Below, one piece after another: positions 45,030 through 54,769 of a stretch of 64,000 bases of DNA. The translations under genes and the position numbers were made by a program. This DNA is from Dehalococcoidia bacterium (lineage in GTDB: Bacteria > Chloroflexota > Dehalococcoidia > UBA2979), in NCBI GenBank assembly GCA_965204835.1, contig OZ242017.1:1091842-1155841 (forward strand), read 5' to 3'. The notes below the pieces were generated by a model. It saw only the letters and a list, made by a program, of their open reading frames with translations. It did not search any database and was not told the origin of the DNA. Each line of letters opens with the position of its first letter. The stretch's first letter is position 1.

Positions 45030-45671
45030 TCAGGCGGCGCTGATGAACTGGTGGAGCAGGTCGTAGACCTCCTGCTCCACCCCCAGCAGGCGGTGGCCCG
45101 TGCCCGGCAGGATCACCATGTGCTTCGGGTCCTGCGCCCGCTGGTAGATGTCGTCCGAGGCCAGCGGTAGCAGCACCTGGTCGTCCTCGCCGTGGATCAG
45201 CAGCAGCGGCTTGCCAAGCTGGTCGACCTCCTGCGTGCCGTAGCGCTGCGCGGCCAGCGCCGCGACGGCCGTCAGGAACGGGCTCAACACGCCCGACTTG
45301 ATCGCCACCGCGCCCGCGTAGGAGTGCCCGACCACGACCGCGCGCCCACCGCCGAGCCCCTTCAGCAGTGAGCACGCCGCGAGGACGTCGATCACGGTCT
45401 CCTCGAGCTCGCCGGTGAGTCGCGGGCTGATGCGCAGCGACGTCACGCCCTGCTCGACGAGGTCCTCGGCGAGCTTCGCGTAGACGCCCCCGGCGGGGCC
45501 CTCGGTGCCGACGAAGATCGCGCACTTCACGCTGCCCTCGGCCGGGTCCATGAGCGCGCTCAGCGGGCCGTGGTTCGTCTCGATGTTGACCTCGAGGCGG
45601 TTGCCCTCGCCCGTCGGCTGGGCGCTGACCTGCTCGATGCGGACGACGACGTCGCCGCCCGGCTCGGCCAT
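45030..45671 (-). CDS. Alpha/beta hydrolase (dienelactone hydrolase-like)
   Basis: GHSYAG nucleophile elbow and a C-terminal HG...GH pattern (LLIHGEDDQV...GTGHRL). Start chosen at ATG 45671. Confidence 0.65.
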   Translation of the reverse strand: MAEPGGDVVVRIEQVSAQPTGEGNRLEVNIETNHGPLSALMDPAEGSVKCAIFVGTEGPAGGVYAKLAEDLVEQGVTSLRISPRLTGELEETVIDVLAACSLLKGLGGGRAVVVGHSYAGAVAIKSGVLSPFLTAVAALAAQRYGTQEVDQLGKPLLLIHGEDDQVLLPLASDDIYQRAQDPKHMVILPGTGHRLLGVEQEVYDLLHQFISAA

Positions 45672-45749
45672 GCTGCCGGAGCCCTGGCTCACCATGTCTC
45701 GCCTCCCGGTCCCGACCGAGTCACCGTCGCGCCGGACGGAGCCGCCTGC

Positions 45750-46379
45750 TCAGCGTCTCCGGCCGAAGCGCTCGCGGAACTCCTCGGTGGTGTTCACATG
45801 CGGGTAGGGGTCGTCCGGCACGGGCACGTCGAGGAACTCGCAGAGGGGGCCCCAGCCGCTGCCGGTCTCGTAGACCAGCAGGCGGTCGGACGGGATGGCC
45901 GCCTGCACGGCCGCGGTACGCGCCTCGTACACGCCGATGACGTGGTCCTTGTCCTCCATGCGGTCGTCGAAGTTGGTCTCCCAGATGAACCAGTGCGCCC
46001 ACTCCGCCCGCTCCCGCTCGGCGTCGTCCTCGGCCTGGAGGCCCGCGGACGTGCTGAGGTGGATCGTGTTGCGGATGCTGGCGTACCAGCGCTCCGGGTC
46101 GCGCACGCTGAGCAGCACCTTCGACTCCGGGTAGTGCTCGGAGAGCTCCCACCAGAAGTCGCACGCCGGCCAGTCCACCGACGCCTTGAAGTCGGCGAAC
46201 ATCGCGTCCCAGTCGACGGCCTCGCCGCGGCGGGCCGCCGACCACAGGTCGCGGTGGTCCGGATACCTGCCGACTTCGAGCATGTGGTACGTCTTGTCGA
46301 AGCCGAGCTGCTCCAGCGCGTACTTCAGCGAGAGCGTCCCGGTGCGCCCGAGGCCCGCACCGACGATGTCCAGCGCCAC
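45750..46379 (-). CDS. Sulfotransferase family protein (putative)
   Basis: N-terminus (IVGAGLGRTGTLSLKYAL) is a P-loop-like PAPS-binding motif, and SVRDPERWYASI is typical of the Sulfotransfer_3-like family. Confidence 0.5.
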   Translation of the reverse strand: MALDIVGAGLGRTGTLSLKYALEQLGFDKTYHMLEVGRYPDHRDLWSAARRGEAVDWDAMFADFKASVDWPACDFWWELSEHYPESKVLLSVRDPERWYASIRNTIHLSTSAGLQAEDDAERERAEWAHWFIWETNFDDRMEDKDHVIGVYEARTAAVQAAIPSDRLLVYETGSGWGPLCEFLDVPVPDDPYPHVNTTEEFRERFGRRR

Positions 46380-46386
46380 GGCGCGG

Positions 46387-47487
46387 CTACGCCTCGACCG
46401 CCGCGCCGACGCTCTCGAAGCAGTCCAGCGCCTCCTCGGCGAGGCCGTAGACGACGTCGGCGGCGGGCCGGACGGCGTGGATCCCGACGGCGCTCTGGCC
46501 GGCCGGTGTGGTCATCCACTCCTCCATCTTGCCGTCCTTGATGCCGTCGAGGATGTCGCCGACAAGCATGCCCTGCAGCGGCATCGGCAGCGGGTCGGGT
46601 GCGTCGGGCTGCTTCCAGGCGTCGGACCAGCGCGAGGGCAGCTGGCGGACGGGCTTCCCGGACATCGCGCGCGACTGGATGGGGTCCTCCGCGCGCGCCT
46701 CGATGAGGCGCTGCTTGAGGAACATCTCGGTCTCCGACTCGTGGGTGGCGAGCCAGATCGTGCCGGTCCACACGCCCGCGGCACCCATGGTCAGCGTGGC
46801 CGCGAGCTGCTTGCCGTTGTTGATCCCGCCGGCGGCGAGCACCAGTGAGTTCGAGCCCTTCGCCATCTCGACGACCTCGGGCACGAGGGTGAACGTACCG
46901 ACCGTGCCGCTGTGGCCGCCGGAGTCGTAGCCCTGTGCGACGATCACGTCGACGCCGGCGTCGACCTGGCGCTGCGCCTGGCGCGGCAGCCCGACCAGGC
47001 CCCACACCTTCATGCCCGCCTCGTGCGCTCGGTCGAGGATGAACGCGGGGCTGCCCAGGCCGGAGACGAAGATCGGCACCTCCTCCTCGAACAGCACCTC
47101 GAGCGAGGCGCGAGAGCGTTCGAGCAGGTCGTGGCTGCTGGGCCGCGCCTCGTTGGGGTCGGGGTCGGGGATGCCGTGCTCGTCCTTGAGGTTCTGGATG
47201 AACGCCCGGTGCTCGTCCGGGATCATCTCCTCGAGGTCCTCGAGGTTGCCCTGGACGAAGGACGCCGGCACGAGCAGGTCGATGCCGAACGGCTTGTCGC
47301 CGACCTTGTCGCGGATCCAGCGGATGTCGGAGCGCAGCTCGTCGGGCGTGAGGCTGGTGGCGCCGAGGACGCCGATGCCACCGGCGTTGCTGACCGCGGC
47401 GATCACGTCCTTGGTGTGCGCGAACGCGACGACCGGGATCTCGCAGCCGTACTCCTCGCACAGTCTCGAAAACAGGGGGTTACTCAT
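46387..47487 (-). CDS. Nitronate monooxygenase / 2-nitropropane dioxygenase (NMO, FabK-like) family FMN enzyme
   Basis: FMN TIM-barrel pattern (IPVVAFAHTKDVIAAVSNAGGIGVLG...AQGYDSGGH...LAAGGINNGKQLAA). ATG at 47487. Confidence 0.8.
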   Translation of the reverse strand: MSNPLFSRLCEEYGCEIPVVAFAHTKDVIAAVSNAGGIGVLGATSLTPDELRSDIRWIRDKVGDKPFGIDLLVPASFVQGNLEDLEEMIPDEHRAFIQNLKDEHGIPDPDPNEARPSSHDLLERSRASLEVLFEEEVPIFVSGLGSPAFILDRAHEAGMKVWGLVGLPRQAQRQVDAGVDVIVAQGYDSGGHSGTVGTFTLVPEVVEMAKGSNSLVLAAGGINNGKQLAATLTMGAAGVWTGTIWLATHESETEMFLKQRLIEARAEDPIQSRAMSGKPVRQLPSRWSDAWKQPDAPDPLPMPLQGMLVGDILDGIKDGKMEEWMTTPAGQSAVGIHAVRPAADVVYGLAEEALDCFESVGAAVEA

Positions 47488-47630
47488 CGGGGGTCTCCTC
47501 TCGGTCAAGGCCGAGTCTAGGCGAAATCGCCGGGGCTGGGGCGGAGTGCGACTCATCCCATCCCTCGCGCGTTGCACGATACCCTCGATGCGCCACGGTC
47601 GGAGTGGCCCGGCGGGACAGGAGCGAAGCG

Positions 47631-49589
47631 ATGGCGGACGAGCAGCGACAGCCCTTCGGCAGCGACTTCGTCACCGGCCTGCCCGCCGTCGGCGCGCCCT
47701 CGGTGCGCTCGACGGACGGCGCCGTCGCGTACGTCCACACGAGCGTCGACGCCGAGACGCTGGAGACCAGCGCGCACATCGAGGTTGCGCCGTTCGAGGG
47801 CGGCCCGTCGCGCAGGCTCACCGCCGGGCCGCGCGACGGCGCGCCGCGCTGGTCGCCGGACGGCTCGCAGCTCGCGCTCCGTCGCCGCGCCGACGAGGAC
47901 GCCCCGGCGCAGCTCTGGCTGCTGCCGAGCGACGGCGGGGAGGCGGCGCAGCTCACCGACATCCCCGGCGGCGTCATGGACTACGCCTGGTCGCCCGACG
48001 GCCGGACGATCTACTGCCTCAGCGACGTCGACCCCTCGCGCGGCGAGGATGACGACGGCCCGGACCGGCCCCGCACGCGCGAGGCGCGCGAGATCTACTA
48101 CCGCGGCGACACGCTCGGGTGGCGCGGCGAGACGCGCACGCACGTCTTCCGCGTCGAGGTGGCCGACGGCGCGCACGAGCAGCTCACGGACGGTGACTTC
48201 AACCACCGCTCGCTCGCCGTCTCGCCCGACGGCGAGCGCCTCGCGTTCGTCTCGGACCGTTCACCGCGCCGCTTCCTGCGCGCGCCGTGGGGCGGCGAGC
48301 TGTGCGTCATGCCGGCCGGGGGCGGGCGCGTGCGGCGGCTCGTGTGGGAGAGCGTCGCGGCGGGCGGCGCCGCGTGGTCGCCAGACGGCCGCGAGATCGC
48401 GTTCATCGGGATGTCCGACGACAACGCGTGGCAGCACTACGTCTACCTCGCCGACGCGGAGACCGGCGCCTGCCGCCGCCTGACCGACGACTCGCTGGAG
48501 CCGCAGGCCGGCTTCTTCCCCATCGCCGCCGCGCCGCCCGTCGCCTGGCGCGGCGACCGCATCGTCTTCGCCGCCGACGCGAACGCCTCGTCCGGCGTCT
48601 ACAGCGTCGACCGCGACGGCGATGTGCGCGCCGAGCGGGCGACCGACGAGGTCCTCGGCGGCCTCGTCGCGTCGCCGGATGGCCGCCGCCTCGGCTTCGT
48701 CGCCTCGACGCTCGACCGGCCCGGCGAGGTGACGACGCTCGACCTCGCCGGCGGCGCAGGCGCCGTGCTCACGTCGGGCGCCGGGGAGTACCTCGCGGGC
48801 CACGCCATCGGGCGCACCGAGCGCTTCCAGGTGGAGCGCGACGGCGTCGAGATCGACTGCTTCCTCGTGTACCCGCCGGGCTTCGACGAGTCACGCCGCT
48901 ACCCGCTCGTGCTCGAGATCCACGGCGGACCGAACGGCTTCTTCGGCACCGGGTTCAGCCCCCTGCACCAGGTGATCGCGTGCGCCGGCAACCTCGTGCT
49001 CTACACGAACCCGCGCGGCTCCACGACCTACGGCGAGGACTTCACCGCCGCGGTCTTCGAGGACTGGGGCGGCGAGGACGCCCGCGACCTCCTCGCCGCG
49101 CTCGACGCGGTCTGCGAGCGGCCGTACGTCGACGCGGACCGGCTGGGCGTCCACGGCTACTCGTACGGCGGGTTCATGTCCTCGTGGCTCATCGGGCACG
49201 ACCAGCGCTTCCGAGCCGCGGCGATCGGTGCGCCGGTCACGAACCTGCTCTCGATGTACGGCCAGACGGACATCGCCGCGAGCTTCGGCGAGCAGCAGTG
49301 GGGCGGGCTGCCCCAGGACCGCCTCGAGCACTACCTGGAGCGCTCTCCCGTCATGTACGTCGACGCGATCGAGACGCCGGTGCTGCTGCAGCACGGCGAC
49401 GCGGATATCCGCGTCCCGATCTCGCAGTCGGAGGAGCTGTTCGCGGGGCTCAAGCGCCGGGGCAAGACGGTCGAGTTCATCCGCTACCCGGACTGCTCGC
49501 ACCTCTTCCTGCGCGTCGGCCACCCGAGCCTGCGCATGGAGTATTACGACCGCGTGGTGGAGTGGTTCGCGCGCTGGCTGGGGGCGTGA
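47631..49589 (+). CDS. S9 family peptidase (prolyl oligopeptidase / acylaminoacyl-peptidase-like) with an N-terminal beta-propeller
   Basis: TolB-like propeller repeats (WSPDG x4). The C-terminal catalytic region carries GYSYGG (Ser), a later Asp and His (HGDADIRV ... CSHLF). Confidence 0.8.
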   Translation: MADEQRQPFGSDFVTGLPAVGAPSVRSTDGAVAYVHTSVDAETLETSAHIEVAPFEGGPSRRLTAGPRDGAPRWSPDGSQLALRRRADEDAPAQLWLLPSDGGEAAQLTDIPGGVMDYAWSPDGRTIYCLSDVDPSRGEDDDGPDRPRTREAREIYYRGDTLGWRGETRTHVFRVEVADGAHEQLTDGDFNHRSLAVSPDGERLAFVSDRSPRRFLRAPWGGELCVMPAGGGRVRRLVWESVAAGGAAWSPDGREIAFIGMSDDNAWQHYVYLADAETGACRRLTDDSLEPQAGFFPIAAAPPVAWRGDRIVFAADANASSGVYSVDRDGDVRAERATDEVLGGLVASPDGRRLGFVASTLDRPGEVTTLDLAGGAGAVLTSGAGEYLAGHAIGRTERFQVERDGVEIDCFLVYPPGFDESRRYPLVLEIHGGPNGFFGTGFSPLHQVIACAGNLVLYTNPRGSTTYGEDFTAAVFEDWGGEDARDLLAALDAVCERPYVDADRLGVHGYSYGGFMSSWLIGHDQRFRAAAIGAPVTNLLSMYGQTDIAASFGEQQWGGLPQDRLEHYLERSPVMYVDAIETPVLLQHGDADIRVPISQSEELFAGLKRRGKTVEFIRYPDCSHLFLRVGHPSLRMEYYDRVVEWFARWLGA

Positions 49590-49651
49590 GCGCGCGCCTG
49601 CCGCAGCCGGAGGGGGCCGGGTAGGGAAAATCGCCCGCCGACCGTCCTACG

Positions 49652-52093
49652 ATGCCTCACATGGAGCGTAATCCCCGCGGCCGCCCGCGCCACCCCGACG
49701 TCCTGACGCCGGCCGAGTGGCGCGTCCTGGAGGAGCTCCGCGAGGGCGGCACGAACGCCGAGATCGCCTCGCGGCTCGGCATCAGCGGCGACGCGGTCAA
49801 GTACCACATCTCGAACATGCTCGGGAAGCTCGAGCTGCGCGACCGCCGCGCCCTCGCGGAATGGCGCCCGGACACAGGTCGAGGCCGCCTCGGCGCGCTG
49901 GGCGCCTTTCCTGCGGCGCTCGGGTTGGTTGCTCGATCGGTCACCTGGATGGGGACGGGCGCGGCTGTGGCGGCCGGCGTGGCGGTGGTGTCGGTCACGA
50001 CCATGCTGGTGATCGCCGTGGTCGCGACCCAGCGGGGCGGGGAGCCGGCCACGGTGATCGAGGTGCCGGTCGCGGTGACGAGAGCGCCCGATACGCCGGC
50101 CACGCCGATCGTGCTGGCGCCCGCGGCGCCCACCGGGATACCCGCTGGGATGCAGACGCCCGGGCCGACCGCTTCGCCAACCCCGACTCTGCGGCCAACG
50201 GCAACCCCGACTCCGCCGCCAACGGCGACGCCGGCACCGGGGCCCGCATTGGCGCCAGGACAGGAGGTCGTGTTTCTCGGGGAAGTGCCCGAGGAGGATC
50301 GGTCCATGGTTCGCGAAGAACTCACGAGCATCATCTCGTTCTTCGACGACCGTTTCGGCGTCGTGGTACCCGAGTTCACCTTCTATTTCTCCATGGAGCC
50401 GGGCCCGCTCGCCGCGCATTACGAGGAGCTGCATGATCGGGAGGCTCCATTCGCCAGCGGCTGGGCGGTGGGCCTGCTCGACGGGACCACCGAAGCCTAT
50501 GTCACGCACCCGGATCCTCATCCGAGGGCTGCAATCCTGGCGCATGAGTACTACCACCTCTTGCAGCATCACGTGGTGCAATCACATGCCGACGGTCCGC
50601 GCTACGCTCCCGCCTGGCTGATCGAGGGAACGGCCGAATACGCCGCCGACTTGTATGCCCTGCGGAACAGCGAGGGCGAGGCGGAATTCATGTGGCTGTG
50701 GGAAACCCTGGCGCGTACGAATATCCCGATCACGGCCGTCGTCCATAACGAGGCGATGCCCTGGGCGATCCTTCCAGGCGGAGGGCCGATCCGGGGGATA
50801 CTCGATCCCGTGTACTACCAACTGGCAGCCTCGGGTATTGCGTGGCTGGTGGCGAATTCCGGCGACGACCACGCTCACCTGAGTTACTGGCGCTTGCTGG
50901 CGGAGACTGACGATCCCGACGGTGCTTTTGCATCCGCCTTTCGCATCACGGTGGACGACTATGCCGAAGTGTTCGAGGAGTACCGGGCCGCGTCGGTGGA
51001 TGATCTCCCGCAGATCCGCGCTGTGGTCATGGACTCCGCAGGGAGGCCCCTGCCCGGCGTGGGAGTAGGCGTTGGACCCGCGCCTGCCGCCGACCCGCAG
51101 ACCCTTGAAGGGTTTCACCGCAACGCGACGTTCCTGAGCCAGCGTGCCAGCATCACCGAGGGGATCACGGCGAGTGATGGCTCAGTCGCTCTCTCCGTCC
51201 TTCCTGGGAGGGCCTATTACGTATCTCTCGCCTGGACGATCCCGGCCTCATCGGAAGTGGAGGCCGAATGGGTCTTCTTCGGTCTCCCGGTGCACCCCTC
51301 GTCTGGCGATGTGAACCGGTGCGGGCCGCTCACCGCCCTCGTCGTGGATGACCAGGATGTCGAAGACCTGACGATACGGCTAACGCCCGCGGTGCTGGTC
51401 CGAGACCCGGCGCCGGGGGTCCGGGCCCAACTCCTGCGTGCGACGCCCGAGGAGTTCAACCGGTTGATCCTGGATCTGGCTCCACCCTGCGGCGAGGGGC
51501 TCCGCGATGCGGTTTCCCTGTCCGGCGTCGTGCGCGGCCCGGACGCCAGGCCGGCTGCATCCGTCCTTGTCTGCGCGGTGCGCGAGGAGAGTCCCGGGCT
51601 GCAGTCGCCTTGCACCGAGACGACAGCGGACGGCTCATTCGTGCTCATGGTTCAGCCCGGCATGTTCGGGCTCCAACTCCTCCCGCCGGGTTCGCGGTAT
51701 GGCTGGTACGGCGAGGATGGCTTCTTCACCGGAGAGAGCCAGCGTGAGGTCATCGAGCTGGGCAGCGCCGATGTGCGAGGGATCGAGGTGCGGCTACCTG
51801 CGTTCATCACTGGAACGGTGCTGGGGCCCGGTTCCGACCCGACGGTGTGGGGAACCATCATGATCTGCGCGGAACCGACCTCTCCCGAGATCCATCCCGG
51901 CTGCGCCATGCTCGGGCACGACGGGACATTTGCGGTCGCGGCTCCGGAGGGGGCCGTCTGGCTGCGTGTGCTTCTCCGCGGGAGCCAACTGGGTTGGTAC
52001 GGTGCCGATGGTTCCGTCGTGGGCGATGACGAGCGGACTGCAATCACGATAGCGGGCCAGAACGTCGACGGAATCGAAATCCACCTACCCTGA
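49652..52093 (+). CDS. Membrane-anchored LuxR-type HTH regulator fused to an extracytoplasmic HExxH (gluzincin / Peptidase_MA_2-like) domain and three CarboxypepD_reg-like beta-sandwich repeats
   Basis: N-terminal GerE/LuxR HTH (LTPAEWRVLEELREGGTNAEIASRLGISGDAVKYHISNMLGKLELRDRRALAEW, about residues 19-70). Single TM helix (AAVAAGVAVVSVTTMLVIAVVA). Pro/Thr linker. HEYYH at 50543-50557, with WLIEGTAEYAAD 24-27 aa later (E at 50624 or 50633), giving a gluzincin HExxH...E signature. The C-terminal repeats (TADGSFVLMVQPGMFGLQLLPPGSRYGWYGEDGFF...GIEVRLP and GWYGADGSVVG...GIEIHLP) resemble carboxypeptidase regulatory-like domains. Confidence 0.6.
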   Translation: MPHMERNPRGRPRHPDVLTPAEWRVLEELREGGTNAEIASRLGISGDAVKYHISNMLGKLELRDRRALAEWRPDTGRGRLGALGAFPAALGLVARSVTWMGTGAAVAAGVAVVSVTTMLVIAVVATQRGGEPATVIEVPVAVTRAPDTPATPIVLAPAAPTGIPAGMQTPGPTASPTPTLRPTATPTPPPTATPAPGPALAPGQEVVFLGEVPEEDRSMVREELTSIISFFDDRFGVVVPEFTFYFSMEPGPLAAHYEELHDREAPFASGWAVGLLDGTTEAYVTHPDPHPRAAILAHEYYHLLQHHVVQSHADGPRYAPAWLIEGTAEYAADLYALRNSEGEAEFMWLWETLARTNIPITAVVHNEAMPWAILPGGGPIRGILDPVYYQLAASGIAWLVANSGDDHAHLSYWRLLAETDDPDGAFASAFRITVDDYAEVFEEYRAASVDDLPQIRAVVMDSAGRPLPGVGVGVGPAPAADPQTLEGFHRNATFLSQRASITEGITASDGSVALSVLPGRAYYVSLAWTIPASSEVEAEWVFFGLPVHPSSGDVNRCGPLTALVVDDQDVEDLTIRLTPAVLVRDPAPGVRAQLLRATPEEFNRLILDLAPPCGEGLRDAVSLSGVVRGPDARPAASVLVCAVREESPGLQSPCTETTADGSFVLMVQPGMFGLQLLPPGSRYGWYGEDGFFTGESQREVIELGSADVRGIEVRLPAFITGTVLGPGSDPTVWGTIMICAEPTSPEIHPGCAMLGHDGTFAVAAPEGAVWLRVLLRGSQLGWYGADGSVVGDDERTAITIAGQNVDGIEIHLP

Positions 52094-52157
52094 CCCGCGT
52101 CCACGTTGCTCACACGTCCTGCGGGCAGCATCGGTCGCTCGCGCTATCCTCCGCGCC

Positions 52158-53495
52158 ATGACCGCCGAGCCCCACGTCGCTGACGACGACACGCCACCAC
52201 GCCCGCCGCCCCCGAGGCGGCGAGGCGTCTACTGGGGCTGGTGGATCGTCGGCGGGGCGGTCATCGCGCAGTTCGCGGCGATGGGGACCGCGGGCGCCAT
52301 CGCCGGGGTGTTCCTGCGGCCGATGACCGAGGAGCTCGGGTGGAGCGCCGCCGAGTTCACGCTCGGCGGCTCGGCCGCGTTCCTGCTCGGCGGGCTCTCG
52401 GGGTTGGTCGTCGGGCCGCTCGTCGACCGGCACGGGGCGCGTCCGCTGATGCTCGCGGGCGCGTGCATCTACGCGCTCGCGTTCCTCGGCATGTCGCGCG
52501 TCGAGGAGCTGTGGCAGTTCATCGCGCTCTCGATGGCTGCGGGCGGCGCTGGCTCTTCGATGGTCGGCCCGCTCGTCTCGAACGTGACGCTCTCGAAGTG
52601 GTTCGTGGTGCGGCGAGGGTGGGCGATCGCGCTCGGCTCCTCGGGCGTCTCGTTCGCGGGGCTGGTCATGCCGGTGACGATGACACGCGTCGTCGATGCG
52701 ATCGGGTGGCGCGACGCGTACGCGGCGCTCGCCGTGGCGATGTTCGTGGTGATCGTGCCGGTGGCGCTGATCATGCGCCGGCGTCCCGAGGACTACGGGA
52801 TGCTCCCCGACGGCCTCGACCCCGAGGCGGCCCAGGGCGCGGGCACGATGGCGGCGGAGGCGCAGGCGCGCGACGCGGCCAACTCATACACGCGCGCCGA
52901 GGCGGTACGGACGCGCGCGATCTGGCTACTCATCGCCGGGTACGGGCTGAACATGATGGCGCTGTCCGGGGTGCTGGTGCACGCCATCCCGTTCATGACC
53001 GACCACGGCTTCGCGCGCGCCGAGGCGGCGCTGGCCCTGGCCGTGAACGGCGGCGCGAACCTCACCTCGAAGTTCGTGTGGGGGTTCTTCCTGCAACGCG
53101 TCCACGTCCGCTACCTGGGCGCGACGGCGCTCGCGACGTCGGCGACGGGTGTCGTGCTCATGCTGGTCGCGGCGCCGACGGGGGCGCTGCCGCTGATGTT
53201 CGTCGCGTTCTTCCTGTGGGGCTTCGGGTTCGGCGGGACGGTGCCGCTGAGCGAGTTCATCTTCGCGAAGTACTTCGGGCGCGTGTACATCGGCGCGGTG
53301 AGGAGCGTGGGCCTGCCGATCACGATCCTGCTCGGCGCGGCCGGGCCGATCCTCGCCGGCCTGTACTTCGACGTGGCCGGGTCGTACGAGGGCGTCTATG
53401 CGGGGTTCGTGCTCGCGTACCTGGCGGGCGCGACGGCGATCCTCGTCTCGCGCGAGCCGCCGCCGAAGCAGGCCCCGGCCGTGGCTCCAGGCTAG
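52158..53495 (+). CDS. MFS transporter (oxalate/formate antiporter-like OFA family)
   Basis: 12-TM MFS with N-terminal GVYWGWWIVGGAVIAQFAAMGTAGAIAGVFLRPMTEELGWS, typical of OFA/MCT-like MFS. Confidence 0.75.
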   Translation: MTAEPHVADDDTPPRPPPPRRRGVYWGWWIVGGAVIAQFAAMGTAGAIAGVFLRPMTEELGWSAAEFTLGGSAAFLLGGLSGLVVGPLVDRHGARPLMLAGACIYALAFLGMSRVEELWQFIALSMAAGGAGSSMVGPLVSNVTLSKWFVVRRGWAIALGSSGVSFAGLVMPVTMTRVVDAIGWRDAYAALAVAMFVVIVPVALIMRRRPEDYGMLPDGLDPEAAQGAGTMAAEAQARDAANSYTRAEAVRTRAIWLLIAGYGLNMMALSGVLVHAIPFMTDHGFARAEAALALAVNGGANLTSKFVWGFFLQRVHVRYLGATALATSATGVVLMLVAAPTGALPLMFVAFFLWGFGFGGTVPLSEFIFAKYFGRVYIGAVRSVGLPITILLGAAGPILAGLYFDVAGSYEGVYAGFVLAYLAGATAILVSREPPPKQAPAVAPG

Positions 53496-53513
53496 CCGGC
53501 CAGTTCCCCCCGC

Positions 53514-54686
53514 TCACCAGGGGGTCGACTCGGTGTCCTTCACCGCGTCGGGCAGGCGGTAGCTGATCCCCGCGTCGTCGTATACCGATCGCTGCATCAT
53601 CCCCGCGAAGTTATTGAAGTCGTGTGATGGTGCGCCGGGCACGATCCGCGAGCGCAGGATCTGGAACCGCCGTTGCATCCGCACCAGCGCGAGCGCCCCA
53701 AACGTGGACTGCTTCGGGAAGTCGAGCCGATCGGCCAGGTCGTTGCCGATGAGGGCGCGCGAGGTCCGCATGAGAAGCCGGAGGAGCTTCTGCGCCTTCC
53801 CCGGATCGGTGACGCCCAGGAGTTCGGGGACGGTGTTGATGTAGCCGTGCGCCACGGCGATGCCCATCGGGCCGGGTGGGCTCTCACAGGCGTGGGCAAC
53901 GGCCCGGATGCGGTGCGCATCCTCCTCGGTCTCCCACAACAGCGATTCGGGCACACCGAGCAGCCACGTGACGTAGCGCCAGGTGTGCATGAACCCGGCG
54001 CTCTCTTCGTCGGTGAGGCGGACGCCCAGCATCCGGGCGGATTCGAGGTTGAAGGCGGAGAATCCCGTGGACGCCAGCGCCATGTGCGCCATGTGCAGGG
54101 GCACACCCTCGGCCTCCACGTCCCATTCGTCTGAATCGCCGAGCAGGCGCCGTAGCTGGGCGTGGATGAGCCGGATCCGCACCGTGATCTTCCACCCGTC
54201 GCCGTCGCGATCGAGGCCGCCGGGCAGTGTCACCTCCACCAGGTGGCGGGTGTTTTGCTTCACGCGCCGAAGGTTCCCCGCGGTTCTCCCCGTGATATAG
54301 AAGGCCTTCGCCAGTTCCTCCGTGAGTCCGGTGATGAGCGAGTGGAGCACGAGCCCGACGAAGAACAGGTCCGACTGCCGGAAGAAGGCGCGCGAGCCCG
54401 GGAGCGCCTTCGCCGGGGCGAACTCGAACGGCGGAGGGGTCTCGAGCGCGTCGAAGAACTCGCGCAGCGCGAGCGGGGCCCCGGTCAGGCCGCGCTCGTC
54501 GCGATCCATCGCGGCGGCTACGAAGCGCTGTGCGCTTTCCGGATCGAAGGCGTCGAGGGCGGCCACCGCTGCGTCGGCCAGTGGGTCGCCGACCATTGTG
54601 TGCTCGATGTATGTATCGGCCATCGACGAATCGATCGCGTGTGCGCGATCGTAGCTACGAACATAGTTCGACGGAATCGATTGCAT
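53514..54686 (-). CDS. DUF2236 / MpaB-type (rubber-oxygenase-like catalytic domain) oxygenase family protein
   Basis: 390 aa. The conserved pattern (FFRQSDLFFVGLVLHSLITG...RLIHAQLRRLL...HMAHMALASTGF) matches ER-bound oxygenase mpaB/DUF2236. Confidence 0.55.
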   Translation of the reverse strand: MQSIPSNYVRSYDRAHAIDSSMADTYIEHTMVGDPLADAAVAALDAFDPESAQRFVAAAMDRDERGLTGAPLALREFFDALETPPPFEFAPAKALPGSRAFFRQSDLFFVGLVLHSLITGLTEELAKAFYITGRTAGNLRRVKQNTRHLVEVTLPGGLDRDGDGWKITVRIRLIHAQLRRLLGDSDEWDVEAEGVPLHMAHMALASTGFSAFNLESARMLGVRLTDEESAGFMHTWRYVTWLLGVPESLLWETEEDAHRIRAVAHACESPPGPMGIAVAHGYINTVPELLGVTDPGKAQKLLRLLMRTSRALIGNDLADRLDFPKQSTFGALALVRMQRRFQILRSRIVPGAPSHDFNNFAGMMQRSVYDDAGISYRLPDAVKDTESTPW

Positions 54687-54769
54687 CCGGGACAGGATAG
54701 CCCGGCGACTGTGATTAAGCGACTATTCGGTAGGCTCTGTGCCGCTGAACGCTCCGGCTAGATGCGTTA

